A stretch of DNA of 63,978 nucleotides, filler included, from Octopus bimaculoides (GCF_001194135.2; 7 parts of 6 records of this genome joined end to end with filler, not necessarily neighbours in it), one strand, 5' to 3'. Counted from the first letter of the whole stretch, positions 1 to 11,787 are shown. The notes: generated from the sequence alone by a model not told the origin. Program-made: numbers and translations.

Positions 1-457
1 ATCTTTTTCTAGCAGAACAATTTGTAACTATCTTTCTCTCGCACTCCTTCTCCCTCCCTCTCTCTCTCTCTCTTTCTTTTTGTTTTTGTTTATTGTTTTA
101 CCTCTTGTTCGTGTGGGAGGGTATATGTGACATTAAGTGGCCCGAACGGAAACTTATTATATATATAAGTACATTCCTTTGAATCTGATAATAACAGATA
201 ACGAACTCTGCTGCTCAGTGGTAATAAGAAGTAAGTGAGAGAGGGAGCGAGAGAGGCATAGAAAGAAAGACAGAGAAAAAGAAAGAGAGAGAGAGGGAGA
301 GAGGGAGGGAGCTGGCCAGTAATACATGCAGACAGGCAGGCACACAGAAAAAAATTAAGCGTGAGGTGGGTGAGTGAAAGAAAGGGAGAAAGAAAGGAAG
401 TGAGACTAGAACAAAGTGTTGGAATGAATGGTGGTGTTGGTGAAGGTGGTAGTGGCG

Positions 458-494
<37 letters not shown>

Positions 495-769
495 TTGCTG
501 TTGTTATTGTAGGAATAAGAATGAGAGGAGTGGCAGTGCAAGGAGGAGAACTGAGACGATAGAGATGATGATGAAGGTGGGGGTGGGGGTGGTGAGGAAG
601 GAAGCGAGGTGGGGGTTAGCAAGGGATGGGTGATTAAGAGAGCAGTCCGGAAAATGACGATCATAGTGGTCAACGCTAATTAGGCAACTGCGAGTCACGA
701 CGATGATGATGTTGATGATGATGAAAGCAATTAGAAATGTTGTTTGCAACTTGTGCAGCAACAGGCGGT

Positions 770-820
770 AGATTATTATTATTATTACTATTACTATTAT
801 TATTATTATTACTATTACTA

Positions 821-869
<49 letters not shown>

Positions 870-906
870 TATTATTATTACTATTACTATCATTATTATT
901 ATTATT
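770..906. repeat. (ATT)n microsatellite with ACT/ATC variants
   Basis: Directly visible. Representative of dozens of (AT)n, (AC)n, (AG)n, (ATAC)n, (ATAG)n, (AAT)n and (CAT)n arrays across the window, not listed individually. Confidence 0.95.
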
Positions 907-914
907 CCTTCTTC

Positions 915-1063
915 ACGTTCTGAGTTCAAATTCCGCCGAGGTCTACTTTTACCTTTCATCATTTCGGGGTCGGTAAAATAAGTATCAGTTGAACACTGGT
1001 GTCGATGTAATCGACTTAAACCCCTTCCCAAAATATGACTGCCCTTGTGGCAAACTTTCGAGC

Positions 1064-1064
<1 letters not shown>
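915..1064 (+). mobile_element. tRNA-derived SINE family A, 5'-truncated, followed by (ATT)n tail
   Basis: B-box-like ctgagttcaaattcc, then gtc(t)acttttacctttcatc..ggggtcggtaaaataagta body; homologous to the full copies at 1954 and 17364. Confidence 0.85.
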
Positions 1065-1103
<39 letters not shown>

Positions 1104-1106
<3 letters not shown>

Positions 1107-1435
1107 TACTCTTATTTTTATAACGTGCTTTCACTTCACTACCGAGCGCAGCTCTGTGCGCCTTGGGTATGTGCTGTGGTTTGCTGTGGTGCTCTTATGG
1201 TTACTGTATTGAAAGTGTTTTGCGTAGGATGTGTGCAGTGCCCAGTAGTGCAATTTTCTGTATGTTATATATATTTGTAAGTCCTGGTGTTTTTGTTATG
1301 TATTTGTCTGAATATTTTTTTATTATACCTAAGGCAGCTACTATGATAGGAATTGTTTCTGTTTTTAGATTCCACATTCGAGTTATCTCTATTTCCAGGT
1401 CTTTGTATTTTGTTTAGATTCCACATTCGAGTTAT
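1104..1435 (-). mobile_element. R4/Dong-like (REL-endonuclease) LINE 3' end, subfamily alpha, with (AAT)n tail
   Basis: Minus strand translates KYKDLEIEITRMWNLKTETIPIIVAALGIIKKYSDKYITKTPGLTNIYNIQKIALLGTAHILRKTLSIQ*, then ~95 nt of 3' UTR and (AAT)n. The LLGTAxILRK terminus is typical of R4-clade ORFs. Confidence 0.8.
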
Positions 1436-1490
1436 TATTATGATTATTATTATTATCATTATTGTTATTATTATTATTATTATCATTATT

Positions 1491-1725
1491 GTACTTGTCG
1501 CACAGCATACGTTGCCGGAGGCGTAATATCGGTGCCAGCTGTTCACAACTGAGGTGGCACCTTCAATTGTCAAGCACTTTTCTAAGTATTCTAGCAGTTC
1601 CAAGGAGTGTTGTGTTCTGTAAGTGCCCCATTGTTGTCTCTGATTCTTCAAAAAATGGTTTTCAACTCTGACGACCATCTCAACATTTTTTTATTGACCA
1701 CAAATGTTTTATTTTCCATGCTAGA
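1491..1725 (-). mobile_element. R4/Dong-like LINE 3' end, subfamily beta, with (AAT)n tail
   Basis: Minus strand reads EESETTMGHLQNTTLLGTARILRKVLDN*, then a different 3' UTR ending gctgtgcgacaagtac(aat)n. Confidence 0.7.
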
Positions 1726-1775
1726 TGTTCATATCTCTCAATCCTCTTCAATTCTTTGTCTTAAAGCTTGTCAGC

Positions 1776-1837
<62 letters not shown>

Positions 1838-1953
1838 GCCTATCATCATCATCATCATCATCGTCATCATCATCATCATCATCGTCATCGTCATCGTCAT
1901 CATCATCATCAAGGAAATCATTATTATTATTATCATTAGTTAGGTGACCATAA

Positions 1954-2249
1954 GGCGGCGAGCTGGCAGAAACGGTAGCACGCTGGGCGAAATGCTTAGT
2001 GGTATTTCGTCTGTCTTTATGTTCTAGGTTCAAATTCCGCCGAGGTCGACTTTGCTTTTCATACTTTCGGGATCGACAAATTAATTACTAGTTGCATACT
2101 GGTGTCGATCTAATCGATTGGGCCCCTCCACCAAAATTTCGGGCCTTGTGCCTAGAGCAGAAAAGATTATTGAGGCGACCACCTGACAGAATCGTTACCA
2201 CGCCAGGCAAAATGCTCAGCGGCGTTTCGTCCGTCTTTACGTTCTGAGC
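1954..2249 (+). mobile_element. SINE family A full copy (1954-2165) plus a partial second head (2173-2249)
   Basis: ggcggcgagctggcagaa A-box region, ggttcaaattccgcc B-box with acceptor-stem complement, gtcgac body, tail ggccttgtgcctagagcagaaaag. Confidence 0.9.
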
Positions 2250-2879
2250 TCTCTCTCTCTTACTTTCTTTCTCTATCTCTTTCTGTATAGCAATCCATAC
2301 ATTTTCCTTAACGCGGTTATACCGTAAAAAAAAATAAAGAACGGTGCATTTTTCGTCTGTACTAAAAGATACTGTCTGGTACTGGCACTTCTATGCTTTT
2401 GTAGTACGNNNNNNNNNNNNNNNNNNNNNNNNNNNNNNNNNNNNNNNNNNNNNNNNNNNNNNNNNNNNNNNNNNNNNNNNNNNNNNNNNNNNNNNNNNNN
2501 NNNNNNNNNNNNNNNNNNNNNNNNNNNNNNNNNNNNNNNNNNNNNNNNNNNNNNNNNNNNNNNNNNNNNNNNNNNNNNNNNNNNNNNNNNNNNNNNNNNN
2601 NNNNNNNNNNNNNNNNNNNNNNNNNNNNNNNNNNNNNNNNNNNNNNNNNNNNNNNNNNNNNNNNNNNNNNNNNNNNNNNNNNNNNNNNNNNNNNNNNNNN
2701 NNNNNNNNNNNNNNNNNNNNNNNNNNNNNNNNNNNNNNNNNNNNNNNNNNNNNNNNNNNNNNNNNNNNNNNNNNNNNNNNNNNNNNNNNNNNNNNNNNNN
2801 NNNNNNNNNNNNNNNNNNNNNNNNNNNNNNNNNNNNNNNNNNNNNNNNNNNNNNNNNNNNTATATATCACATTTTTTTT

Positions 2880-3060
2880 TACCTCGGCCATGCTGGGGAA
2901 CATCTTGAAGGGCTTCAGCGAACAAATCGACTCCTGTTCTTTTATTCTTAAGTTTGGCACTTAATCTTTCGTTCTCTTTTGCTGAGACGCTTATTTACGG
3001 GGATGTAAATATACCAACATCGGTTGTCGAGCAGTAGTTGCAAGCATACACAAATACAAA
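2880..3060 (-). mobile_element. Degenerate 3' module of SINE family CD
   Basis: ggccatgctgg..aaatcgac..ttacggggatgtaaa..catcggttgtc resembles the CD 3' module at 52850-53040. Confidence 0.6.
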
Positions 3061-3667
3061 CACACACACATACACACATACACTTATATATTTATACATG
3101 TTTGTATATGTAAGTATGTATGTATGTATGTATGTATGTGTATGCATGTATGTGTGTGTATGTATGTATGTATGTAGGTAGGTAGGTAGGTACCCATGGA
3201 TATATATGTGTTGTATATATGTATGTGTGTATGTATGTATGTGTGTATGTGTGCGCGTATGTGTCTATATATGTATGTGTGTAAACGTAAGGGAAACGTA
3301 TTATGGTAAACGGAATGTTTCTAAGTGCACACCACTACAAACGAGCGCGTGCATACGAGTATATGTACGTATATTTGTGTAGGTATCAAAATTCAGGGAA
3401 GACATCAAGCACATCATGAGATAGAATGAAGAATTTCAGGATGTTGTGGGCGTCTCAAAAGATCTGAGACAACAAAGATAGTAATTACAGTTATCAAAGC
3501 TGCAAGAAGACCTTTCAAGCTGAGCGGACAGATCCACTCCGAATGTGCACAAACACTCTCAGTCTTATTCCCCCTCAATCATATGTTTGTATGTTTATGT
3601 GTATATATATATATATATATGTATTGCATATGTACGTGTAAATACACTTACACACACGCATACATAC

Positions 3668-3702
<35 letters not shown>

Positions 3703-4611
3703 NNNNNNNNNNNNNNNNNNNNNNNNNNNNNNNNNNNNNNNNNNNNNNNNNNNNNNNNNNNNNNNNNNNNNNNNNNNNNNNNNNNNNNNNNNNNNNNNNN
3801 NNNNNNNNNNNNNNNNNNNNNNNNNNNNNNNNNNNNNNNNNNNNNNNNNNNNNNNNNNNNNNNNNNNNNNNNNNNNNNNNNNNNNNNNNNNNNNNNNNNN
3901 NNNNNNNNNNNNNNNNNNNNNNNNNNNNNNNNNNNNNNNNNNNNNNNNNNNNNNNNNNNNNNNNNNNNNNNNNNNNNNNNNNNNNNNNNNNNNNNNNNNN
4001 NNNNNNNNNNNNNNNNNNNNNNNNNNNNNNNNNNNNNNNNNNNNNNNNNNNNNNNNNNNNNNNNNNNNNNNNNNNNNNNNNNNNNNNNNNNNNNNNNNNN
4101 NNNNNNNNNNNNNNNNNNNNNNNNNNNNNNNNNNNNNNNNNNNNNNNNNNNNNNNNNNNNNNNNNNNNNNNNNNNNNNNNNNNNNNNNNNNNNNNNNNNN
4201 NNNNNNNNNNNNNNNNNNNNNNNNNNNNNNNNNNNNNNNNNNNNNNNNNNNNNNNNNNNNNNNNNNNNNNNNNNNNNNNNNNNNNNNNNNNNNNNNNNNN
4301 NNNNNNNNNNNNNNNNNNNNNNNNNNNNNNNNNNNNNNNNNNNNNNNNNNNNNNNNNNNNNNNNNNNNNNNNNNNNNNNNNNNNNNNNNNNNNNNNNNNN
4401 NNNNNNNNNNNNNNNNNNNNNNNNNNNNNNNNNNNNNNNNNNNNNNNNNNNNNNNNNNNNNNNNNNNNNNNNNNNNNNNNNNNNNNNNNNNNNNNNNNNN
4501 NNNNNNNNNNNNNNNNNNNNNNNNNNNNNNNNNNNNNNNNNNNNNNNNNNNNNNNNNNNNNNNNNNNNNNNNNNNNNNNNNCATGTATGTGTGTGTATAT
4601 GTTTGTGTGTC

Positions 4612-4815
4612 TGTGTTTGCCTCCGCCAACATCGCTTGACAACCGATGCTGGTGCGTTCACGTCCCCGTAACTTAGCGGTTCGGCAAAAGAGAACCGATA
4701 GAATAAGTACTAGGCTTACGAAGAATAATTCCTGGGGTCGATTTGCTCGACTACAGGCGGTGCTCCAGCATGGCTGCAGTCAAATGACTAAAACAAATAG
4801 AAAAATAAAAGAATA
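4612..4815 (+). mobile_element. SINE family CD, 3' module (head lost in the preceding gap)
   Basis: caacatcgcttgacaaccgatgctgg..gtccccgtaacttagcggttcggcaaaagag..ggcggtgctccagcatggctgcagtcaaatgact; close match to the reverse complement of 52850-53040. Confidence 0.85.
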
Positions 4816-5233
4816 TATACACATATATACCTTTAAGACTAATTAACGCACATCTTGTGGAGTACGCATGTGTTTTATAACTGGGAATATGTATTACCAT
4901 ATATGCGCATGTGTGTATACGTACAAGTATTTGTATGTGCATGAATGCTGAGTGTGCCTACGTAATGTGTAAGTTTACACGCTTGCACACACATGCACGC
5001 ACGCACACACATGCACGCACGCACACATATAATGAATAGATAGGGATACAATTTCCTGGCGCGTAGCATTGAAGCACTTAGTTATAACCCAGGTTAATGT
5101 TAGCTGCATCGAGTTATAATGAGCACCTAAAATTACTTGAAGTAAGCAACCTACTGTATTTTATTCAATGGGTAAATCCTGGGTGCACTTTCCTGGATCA
5201 TGAGTATTTTCCCGAGTGTATATCCAATAGAGT

Positions 5234-5390
5234 GGAGGCGCAATGGCCCAGTGGTTAGGGCAGCGGACTCGCGTTCGTAGGATCGCGGTTTCGATTCCCA
5301 GACCGGGCGTTGTGAGTGTTTATTGAGCGAAAACACCTAAAGCTCCACGAGGCTCCGGCAGGGGATGGTGGCGAACCTTGCTGTACTCTT
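5234..5390 (+). mobile_element. tRNA-derived SINE family B head, truncated by gap
   Basis: ggaggcgcaatggcccagtggttag (A box), ggtttcgattccc (B box); nearly identical to 54067- and to the reverse complement of 55575-55765. Confidence 0.88.
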
Positions 5391-6377
5391 NNNNNNNNNN
5401 NNNNNNNNNNNNNNNNNNNNNNNNNNNNNNNNNNNNNNNNNNNNNNNNNNNNNNNNNNNNNNNNNNNNNNNNNNNNNNNNNNNNNNNNNNNNNNNNNNNN
5501 NNNNNNNNNNNNNNNNNNNNNNNNNNNNNNNNNNNNNNNNNNNNNNNNNNNNNNNNNNNNNNNNNNNNNNNNNNNNNNNNNNNNNNNNNNNNNNNNNNNN
5601 NNNNNNNNNNNNNNNNNNNNNNNNNNNNNNNNNNNNNNNNNNNNNNNNNNNNNNNNNNNNNNNNNNNNNNNNNNNNNNNNNNNNNNNNNNNNNNNNNNNN
5701 NNNNNNNNNNNNNNNNNNNNNNNNNNNNNNNNNNNNNNNNNNNNNNNNNNNNNNNNNNNNNNNNNNNNNNNNNNNNNNNNNNNNNNNNNNNNNNNNNNNN
5801 NNNNNNNNNNNNNNNNNNNNNNNNNNNNNNNNNNNNNNNNNNNNNNNNNNNNNNNNNNNNNNNNNNNNNNNNNNNNNNNNNNNNNNNNNNNNNNNNNNNN
5901 NNNNNNNNNNNNNNNNNNNNNNNNNNNNNNNNNNNNNNNNNNNNNNNNNNNNNNNNNNNNNNNNNNNNNNNNNNNNNNNNNNNNNNNNNNNNNNNNNNNN
6001 NNNNNNNNNNNNNNNNNNNNNNNNNNNNNNNNNNNNNNNNNNNNNNNNNNNNNNNNNNNNNNNNNNNNNNNNNNNNNNNNNNNNNNNNNNNNNNNNNNNN
6101 NNNNNNNNNNNNNNNNNNNNNNNNNNNNNNNNNNNNNNNNNNNNNNNNNNNNNNNNNNNNNNNNNNNNNNNNNNNNNNNNNNNNNNNNNNNNNNNNNNNN
6201 AAAAAAAAAACCGCGCTTTTGGAAATACACAAGAAGGAAGCACTGGGCAGATATGGTGCTTTACACCTTTTGCTCTGAGAGAAAATTTTTCTCCTCAGTA
6301 ACTAGTGAATTTACTTTTAGAAGTTAAAATATGTCGCAAACATATTTAAACTAACCTATACTTTGACTATATATATA

Positions 6378-6596
6378 CGAGGGGTGGGGCTGAAAAGTTC
6401 CTGGCTTTAAGGGTGTCACGAAAAGCCTGCTCGGAAGCCCAAACTTCCGAGTTCTTTTAAAAGACTTTGAAAAATTGAAGGACCGCTGTAATAATTGTGA
6501 AAATCTGAGAGGGGAATATGTTGAATAAAATCATTGTTAACTAATCTTCTTGTAGTTTCTTTTATCCAAAGCCACGAAATTTTCAGTCTCACTTCT
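6378..6596 (+). mobile_element. mariner-derived MITE / internally deleted mariner
   Basis: TA-flanked left TIR cgaggggtggggctgaaaagttcctggcttt and degenerate right TIR aaagccacgaaattttcagtctc. The interior encodes EKLKDRCNNCENLRGEYVE*, matching the mariner transposase C-terminus (xxRWxKCxxxxGxYVE). Confidence 0.75.
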
Positions 6597-6670
6597 TATA
6601 TATGTATGTGTGTGTTTGTGTGTGTGTGTGTGTGTGTACATATATACATACACACATATGTATATGTATA

Positions 6671-6701
<31 letters not shown>

Positions 6702-6844
6702 CCAATGATATATGAGCATATGCATGTATACATACATATATGTACATACCTACATCTACATGTATATATAGATGCATATCCAGGTACAGGACATTAGAAA
6801 AATGAACGGGGACANNNNNNNNNNNNNNNNNNNNNNNNNNNNNN

Positions 6845-6880
<36 letters not shown>

Positions 6881-7510
6881 GAGGGCTGGAGACTCAAAGG
6901 ATGGCAGTAGTGTCGAACTCCCTTCTTCACCAAAAGACAATCACATAAGATTCGCCGTTGAAAATGTGATTACACTGGCGGTACCCCCAGTATGGCTACA
7001 GCCTTAGAACTGAAACGTATAAAAGAATAAAAGAATACACACACACACACACATAGATATATAGCAAGAGAGATGTGTATACGCATGTTTTTGTGTATGC
7101 GCGCCTGTACATGCTTATTTCTAATGAATATAGTATACGGTAGGTATTGGTATGTTTTACTCGGAAACCAAACCTGTTGAGAAAGTTAGTAAAAGTGTAC
7201 GTACGTGTTATATCAGTGTTTATATAGCGTATATACGAGAACTACAAATTCCAAACATAATACCTCAGAAATAGCAATGAACATTAATATTAAAACTGAG
7301 GTCCGTTTGATGTAAAATTATAGTATACCGACCTTATTCTATTAAATGTACGTGCACCCAAACATTCGCAGTTATGATCTAGCTTACAGTTATTCAGTTT
7401 TCCGTCTTCTCCGCTTTTCCTTCTTCCCTTTCGTTTCTGCTTTTTTTCCTGTCTTAAAAATAGATTTATTTGCCAGGTTTTTATTGTTTGTTTTAACAAA
7501 CTTAACTTAC

Positions 7511-7568
7511 CTTTACCTATTTTCGAGCATTCTTTCGCTTTACCCGCCGACATTTTACTCATTTCTTC
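7511..7568 (-). CDS. Candidate coding exon end (unidentified), cut by the piece boundary
   Basis: Minus strand reads EEMSKMSAGKAKECSKIGK-G followed by a consensus donor AAG|GTAAGT (7510-7505); locally CpG-rich. No homology recognised. Confidence 0.25.
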
Positions 7569-7668
7569 NNNNNNNNNNNNNNNNNNNNNNNNNNNNNNNN
7601 NNNNNNNNNNNNTTAATTAATTAANNNNNNNNNNNNNNNNNNNNNNNNNNNNNNNNNNNNNNNNNNNN
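7569..7668. other. Artificial concatenation linker N44-TTAATTAATTAA-N44
   Basis: Exactly 44 N + 12-mer with stops in all six frames + 44 N; the identical design occurs six times. Confidence 0.97.
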
Positions 7669-7701
7669 CTCTATCTATCTATCTAACTATCTATCTATCT
7701 C

Positions 7702-7756
<55 letters not shown>

Positions 7757-7757
<1 letters not shown>

Positions 7758-8936
7758 ACGAGATTTCCAAGTTCAGTTTTGTGACTTCATTAATTCTTTG
7801 GTATAATATTCTTTTTGAAATTAACATTACTAGCAAAAGATTGCTAGTAGACTCTGCACTCAAAGAGTTTGAACAGACCAAAAAGTATCTTATCGATTGC
7901 AGGAGTGGTAAAAATTTTGGAGACGTACTTGTTGATGCTCGTGAGGTAGCTGATGAATTTGGTATATGTGCAGAATCTGAAGCAAAGCCAGTGCGCATTA
8001 GAAGAAAGAACAATTCTCATAAGAAGGAAAAAAATAGGATAATGTAAACAAAGCTGCAAAATAAAATTTTATTTTGCAATACTGGAAACATCAGTTAACT
8101 CAGTTTCAGAACGCTTTGAACAACTGAAACAAGTAAATTCCAACTTCGGCCTTCTGTATGATATAAGATCTTTGCAACATAAAACTTCTCATCAAGTAAT
8201 GAAATTTTGCATAAAGTTTGAGTCTGCCCTACAGGTTGGAGAGTCAAAGGATATTGATGCTAAAGAGTTGTCTAATGAACTGAATGTCGTATCAAGAAGA
8301 CTTGAAAAATCCTATGGTCCTCTGAGAATGGTTGAGCTACTTTCCAAGCAGCAACAAAGAGAAAGCTTTCCAAATTTGTACATCGCTCTCAGAATCCTGC
8401 TAACCCTACCAGTAAGTGTCGCAAGCGGAGAGCGTAGTTTTTCAAAACTTAAATTAATAATGACATATCTAAGAACTTCAATGGTTCAAGAGAGGCTCAC
8501 CAGACTAGCTACGATTTCCATAGAACATGAAATTTGTTAGAGAACTTCCTCTCCAAGAGCTTGTAAAAGATTTTGCAAGACAGAAAGCTCGCAAAATTAG
8601 CTTTTAAGTACCAAGAGTAAAAAACAACAGTATTTAAATATTTCAAAAACTAAAAAAAAAACAACAACACCTTTGAGTCAAATCAAATCAAATCATGTCT
8701 GTTGGTTATTATATTTTTTTTCATTGATTTTTAAGAAATGAATTTTAAAATTTTCCTTTACAAGTGACTTCAAATTGCTCCTATGTTTATTCATATTTCT
8801 AAAAACTTTCTTGGAGAAATCCCCAGCTCGTTGGGCTCGCTTTGCTTGCCAATTCTCCACTCTGTGGAGTGTATGGGGGTGGGGGCGCTTAAAGTTTGAT
8901 TCGCCTCGGGCGTCAATTACCCTAGGACCTGCCCTG
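7757..8936 (+). mobile_element. hAT DNA transposon 3' half (ZMYM1/Zaphod-like transposase pseudogene with hAT dimerisation domain) and right TIR
   Basis: Disrupted reading ...SLILWYNILFEINITSKRL... and FPNLYIALRILLTLPVSVASGERSFSKLKLIMTYLRTSMVQERLTRLATISIEHE (hAT C-terminal dimerisation motif), with last residues KDFARQKARKISF* at 8607. The element ends cctaggacctgccctg (8936), whose reverse complement CAGGGCAGGTCCTAGG is a hAT-type terminus. Confidence 0.9.
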
Positions 8937-9302
8937 CGTATACAAACATATGTATGAATCCAGTTATATGTAACTGAAGAAGTATTTGATCAACATAGCT
9001 ATTTGTGTATCATACTTAATGTAAATACGTCACAAAAAAGCAATTTACATTACGTCTCTTATGAACGTGCTGTGTCTAAAGCACAAATATATCGGCAGCA
9101 GATAAACATTGCTCAAGAATGGCGATGAAAATGCCAGAGCATGCATTTCTGCCTCCTTAAGCTTTACCTGCAGCATGTATTGACTGGTAGGCGCATGCTA
9201 AAACAATATCTGTCGTTACTGACATAGTAAGACAGTGAGTGAACAACATTGTGACACTTTGTCGCTGAGTTTCCTGCTTATGTCTCTTAATTGTGATATC
9301 AG

Positions 9303-9351
<49 letters not shown>

Positions 9352-9352
9352 A

Positions 9353-9500
9353 GACGGGCTTCTTTCAGTTTCCGTCTACCAAATGCACTCACAAGGCTTT
9401 GGTTGGCCCGTGGCTATAGTAGAAGTGACACACAGTGGGACTGAACCCGGAAAAATATGGTTGGGAAGTAAGCTCCTTACCACACAGCCAAGCCTGCGCC
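9353..9500 (-). mobile_element. SINE family CD head (tRNA + CORE-like segment)
   Basis: Reverse complement ggcgcaggcttggctgtgtggtaag..ccgggttcagtcccactg..ctactatagcc..ggtagacggaaactgaaagaagcccgtc. Confidence 0.85.
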
Positions 9501-10397
9501 TATATNNNNNNNNNNNNNNNNNNNNNNNNNNNNNNNNNNNNNNNNNNNNNNNNNNNNNNNNNNNNNNNNNNNNNNNNNNNNNNNNNNNNNNNNNNNNNNN
9601 NNNNNNNNNNNNNNNNNNNNNNNNNNNNNNNNNNNNNNNNNNNNNNNNNNNNNNNNNNNNNNNNNNNNNNNNNNNNNNNNNNNNNNNNNNNNNNNNNNNN
9701 NNNNNNNNNNNNNNNNNNNNNNNNNNNNNNNNNNNNNNNNNNNNNNNNNNNNNNNNNNNNNNNNNNNNNATATATATACATATTAAACATATATGCATAC
9801 ATATATACATACATGTATACATGCATACGTTTTCAAGAGTATAATTTATGAAACATGAGGGAAACAAGCAAATAATACATCGAGTCGCACAAGCAACACG
9901 TGTACCTGAAAAAGTGCAGAAATAAAAGCAGCAGCGGAAGAAATGTTGCAATGAAATAAACAAACTCATCGAAAAAACATAAGAGAATATAACGTTTCGG
10001 ATAATATCTTTGATGAAATAAGAGAACCTTGAGACAAAAGCAAAACTAAAAGATATCATATATATGAGGTCTGCTTACATGGCAGGCCTCGTGTAAAATG
10101 GAAGTTGGGGAGTATGATAAAAGGTCAGAAAGTGGAACGACAATTTGAGTTACAGTACGATTAAATACGAGGGAGCGGCAGTGATCGCGAGAAAGAGGAA
10201 AAGTGACGCAGAGGGGAGAGAGATAGAAAGAGTGAGAGAGCGAAAGAGAGAGAGAGAGGGGGGAAAGGGAAAGAGAAAGGGAGAAGAATGGAGAAGAAAG
10301 AGAACTAGCAAAGATGGAAAGGAAAGTTTGGAGCTCAGGATACTGATGTGTGTGTATGTGTGCGTGCATGCGTGCGCGCGCGTGTGTTAGTGTAAAC

Positions 10398-10673
10398 CAG
10401 TGGTTCCCAAACTTTTGGGGGCTGCTGCCCCCTTGACATCCAAGTCACATTCCTAGCCTCTGCCACCCCAACTAACCATCACAAACATAGACCTCTTACC
10501 GAAGCAAATACAAAGCAACTGTATTTTACAAATAAAACTTAACCTAACGAACCCATTATTTCGTTGTTTTTTCATGAATTGCTACCCCATTATCACCCCC
10601 ACTTTTCTTCAACGCCCCCCGGAACTTTCCACCGCTCCCAGGGTGGCAATACCGCCCATTTTGGGAACCATTG
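10398..10673. mobile_element. Complete hAT (Charlie/MER-type) MITE, 276 bp, with 8-bp TSD
   Basis: TIRs cagtggttcccaaa / tttgggaaccattg; flanks gtgtaaac (10390-10397) and gtctaaac (10674-10681) match 7/8. Confidence 0.9.
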
Positions 10674-11104
10674 GTCTAAACTGAAATGATTTTAAACGTC
10701 CTATATTTTCATTTACACCGATGCAAAACAACATCTGCTGTGTGTCGCAGAATGTAAAGTTCGTGTAGCTAGATGTGCAAGTCGTTATTGCTATATAATA
10801 CATTCAGCTAAGAATCTAAATGCATATGCATATATCTATCTAGATATACAGGCACACACACAAACATACACACACACATTTGTACACACACACATACGCT
10901 CCATAGTGGTTATGTTTATGTGTGCGTGTGATGTATGGATATAACGGTTAGTAGTAAATGAGGAATAGCTGTGTATAAGGTGTACGCATGATGGTATTGG
11001 GTGTTTCTTGGTTGCAGATGAATCTGTTGGCGTAGAGAGGTATGTTTACCAGTGTCACTGCATGTGTGAGCGCATATGACGTTAGTAGCTAAACTTGTGT
11101 GCGG

Positions 11105-11156
<52 letters not shown>

Positions 11157-11442
11157 TACGTAAAGTGTGTGTGGGTATGCAGCTGTAGAGGATAATGCGT
11201 GATCTGTAAGTGTGGTGTTCTATGTTGGAGTGCATTGTGGGAAGGTTGAATACGGGTGGTAAAGTGCAGTTCGTTGAACGTGACCACGTTGTTTATATGT
11301 AGGTATGAAATGCATACACACATACACGCACATACATACACACACCAACAAACACACGATGGAATATATCCAGTAACTAGGATTTATCAGGAGAATAGCG
11401 TGTTGCATGTCAAAATGAGAGAAACTGATGAATAATACGATA

Positions 11443-11494
<52 letters not shown>

Positions 11495-11532
11495 TTGACC
11501 AAAAGGGCACAATACATTAAGGTCATATTAAA

Positions 11533-11574
<42 letters not shown>

Positions 11575-11739
11575 CGGCAGCAGCAGCAGTAGGAGGAGGA
11601 GGTGGAGGAGGACAACGACGACGACAACGATGAAGACGATGACGACGATGACGACGACGATGATGAGTTAATAAGTAGCAGTACTTGAGAAGGCGGGAGT
11701 TAATACATCATAAAACCGGGAGAGACGCGGCGATTAAAT

Positions 11740-11787
<48 letters not shown>

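Noticed and set aside
1954-2040. tRNA-like cloverleafs (also at 5234, 17364, 52440, 54067, 55680)
   Set aside because: They continue into shared repeat bodies and tails and have distorted anticodon arms; these are SINE heads, not tRNA genes.
7613-7624. TTAATTAATTAA as a biological motif (homeodomain or PacI-like site)
   Set aside because: Always centred in exactly 44+44 N; it is an all-frame-stop linker added in silico.
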